Positions 63,069 through 64,000 of a stretch of 64,000 bases of DNA are shown piece after piece. The position numbers and the translations under genes were made by a program. Under the pieces are notes generated by a model, which worked only from the letters and a program-made list of their open reading frames with translations, did not search any database and was not told the DNA's origin. The stretch comes from Hymenobacter sp. (GTDB lineage: Bacteria; Bacteroidota; Bacteroidia; Cytophagales; Hymenobacteraceae). The stretch lies in the NCBI RefSeq assembly GCF_036388155.1, contig NZ_DASVSI010000145.1, positions 13,047-77,046 of the forward strand, written 5' to 3'. Each line of letters begins with the position of its first letter. Within the stretch, counting starts at the first letter, position 1.

Positions 63069-63084
63069 ATCGTTCAATTATTAT

Positions 63085-64000
63085 TTAGGCCGCCGTCAAG
63101 TCGGTAAGCGCCCGTACCAACGTGCTTTGGGCTAGCTCCACTTTGAAGCGGTTTTGCTCGCGAGGCTGGGCCTCGCGTACCGCCGCCGCGGCCGCTGCTC
63201 GGAAAGTGGCTTCCGAAGCCGGGGACCCAGTCAGTATCTTTTCGGCCGCCATCGAGCGCCACGGCTTGGTGCCTACGCCGCCCAAAGCCACCCTAGCCGA
63301 GCGAATCTGACCGGCCTGTACGTCCAGTCCCACCGCGGCCGAAACCAGCGCAAACGCATACGAAGCCCGGTCGCGCACCTTGAGGTACATCGACTTGCGC
63401 GCATGAGCCGCCGCGGGCACCAAAATGGAAACAATCAGTTCGCCGGGTTCCAGCACCGTTTCGCGCTGGGGCGTGTTGCCGGGCACCACGTGGAAATCGA
63501 GGAGCGGCACGCGGCGCTGCTTGCCCTTGGCATTTTCCAGCAGCAGCACGGCATCCAGGGCCACCAGAGCCACAGCTAGGTCGCCTGGGTGCGTGGCGAT
63601 GCAGGCCTTGCTGCCGCCCAGTATGGCTAGGTTGCGGTTTTCGCCTTCCTGTGCCGGGCAGCCGGTGCCGGGCTGGCGCTTGTTGCAGGGAAAGGCCGTG
63701 TCGCGGAAATAGCCGCAGCGCGTGCGCTGCAGCAAGTTGCCGCCGATGCTGGCCATGTTGCGCAACTGGGGCGAGGCCGCCTGCAGCAGCGACTGCGAAA
63801 TCATGGGAAACTGCTGCATCACCAGCGCGTTTTCGCCCACGTCGCTCATGCGTTCCAGCGCGCCAATGCGGAGGCCGTCGGAGGTCTGCTCGATGCCTTT
63901 GAGGGCGAGCATGTTGATGTCGACCAACTGGCTGTGGTTTTCCACGTTCAGCTTCATCAGGTCGAGCAGGGTGGTGCCGCCGGCAATGAAAGCCGCTCCC
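63085..64000 (-). CDS. Xanthine dehydrogenase family FAD-binding subunit (PaoB/YagS-like), 5' partial
   Basis: FIAGGTTLLDLMK at the window edge, ASPQLRNMASIGGNLLQRTRC, YLKVRDRASYAFA. Confidence 0.92.
   Translation of the reverse strand, partial: GAAFIAGGTTLLDLMKLNVENHSQLVDINMLALKGIEQTSDGLRIGALERMSDVGENALVMQQFPMISQSLLQAASPQLRNMASIGGNLLQRTRCGYFRDTAFPCNKRQPGTGCPAQEGENRNLAILGGSKACIATHPGDLAVALVALDAVLLLENAKGKQRRVPLLDFHVVPGNTPQRETVLEPGELIVSILVPAAAHARKSMYLKVRDRASYAFALVSAAVGLDVQAGQIRSARVALGGVGTKPWRSMAAEKILTGSPASEATFRAAAAAAVREAQPREQNRFKVELAQSTLVRALTDLTAA

Noticed and set aside
1-64000. CRISPR array, prophage, integrase/transposase or defence island
   Set aside because: No regularly spaced direct repeats with unique spacers and no cas, int, tnp, phage or defence-type ORFs. 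Gene order is core-like throughout.

Overview
A GC-rich Bacteroidota chromosomal window; gene content and TAnnTTTG promoter boxes suggest Cytophagales, probably Hymenobacter-like. It is almost all core genome. Left to right: an outer-membrane biogenesis cluster (CBS protein, single-POTRA Omp85 paralog, NAD kinase, two PorG/DUF6089-like barrels, uppS, bamA, two skp); rluD; a TonB motor cluster with an orphan PstS-like lipoprotein and a TPR protein; mazG, glmM, iscS, hemH, era, der and murQ; a MarR-led beta-oxidation operon; recG, gldD, ssb, mutY, HU, a 29-aa bS22-like ORF missed by the ORF track, rne/rng, gldB and nth; an ECF sigma module; an MFS transporter, a Nudix hydrolase and a partial PaoBC/MocA-type molybdoenzyme operon. 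I found no rRNA, tRNA, CRISPR array, transposase, integrase or prophage. The most interesting signals are non-coding: (1) an 18-bp palindromic operator present three times around the MarR/beta-oxidation genes; (2) long, near-perfect hairpins at gene junctions, some built from 7- or 8-mer tandem units, one enclosing a start codon with an arm that encodes the protein N-terminus; (3) a palindromic repeat with a possible template-switch footprint and a related one with co-varying arms; (4) a candidate multi-stem RNA leader for rne. All protein calls come from motif recognition by eye; no database searches were run.
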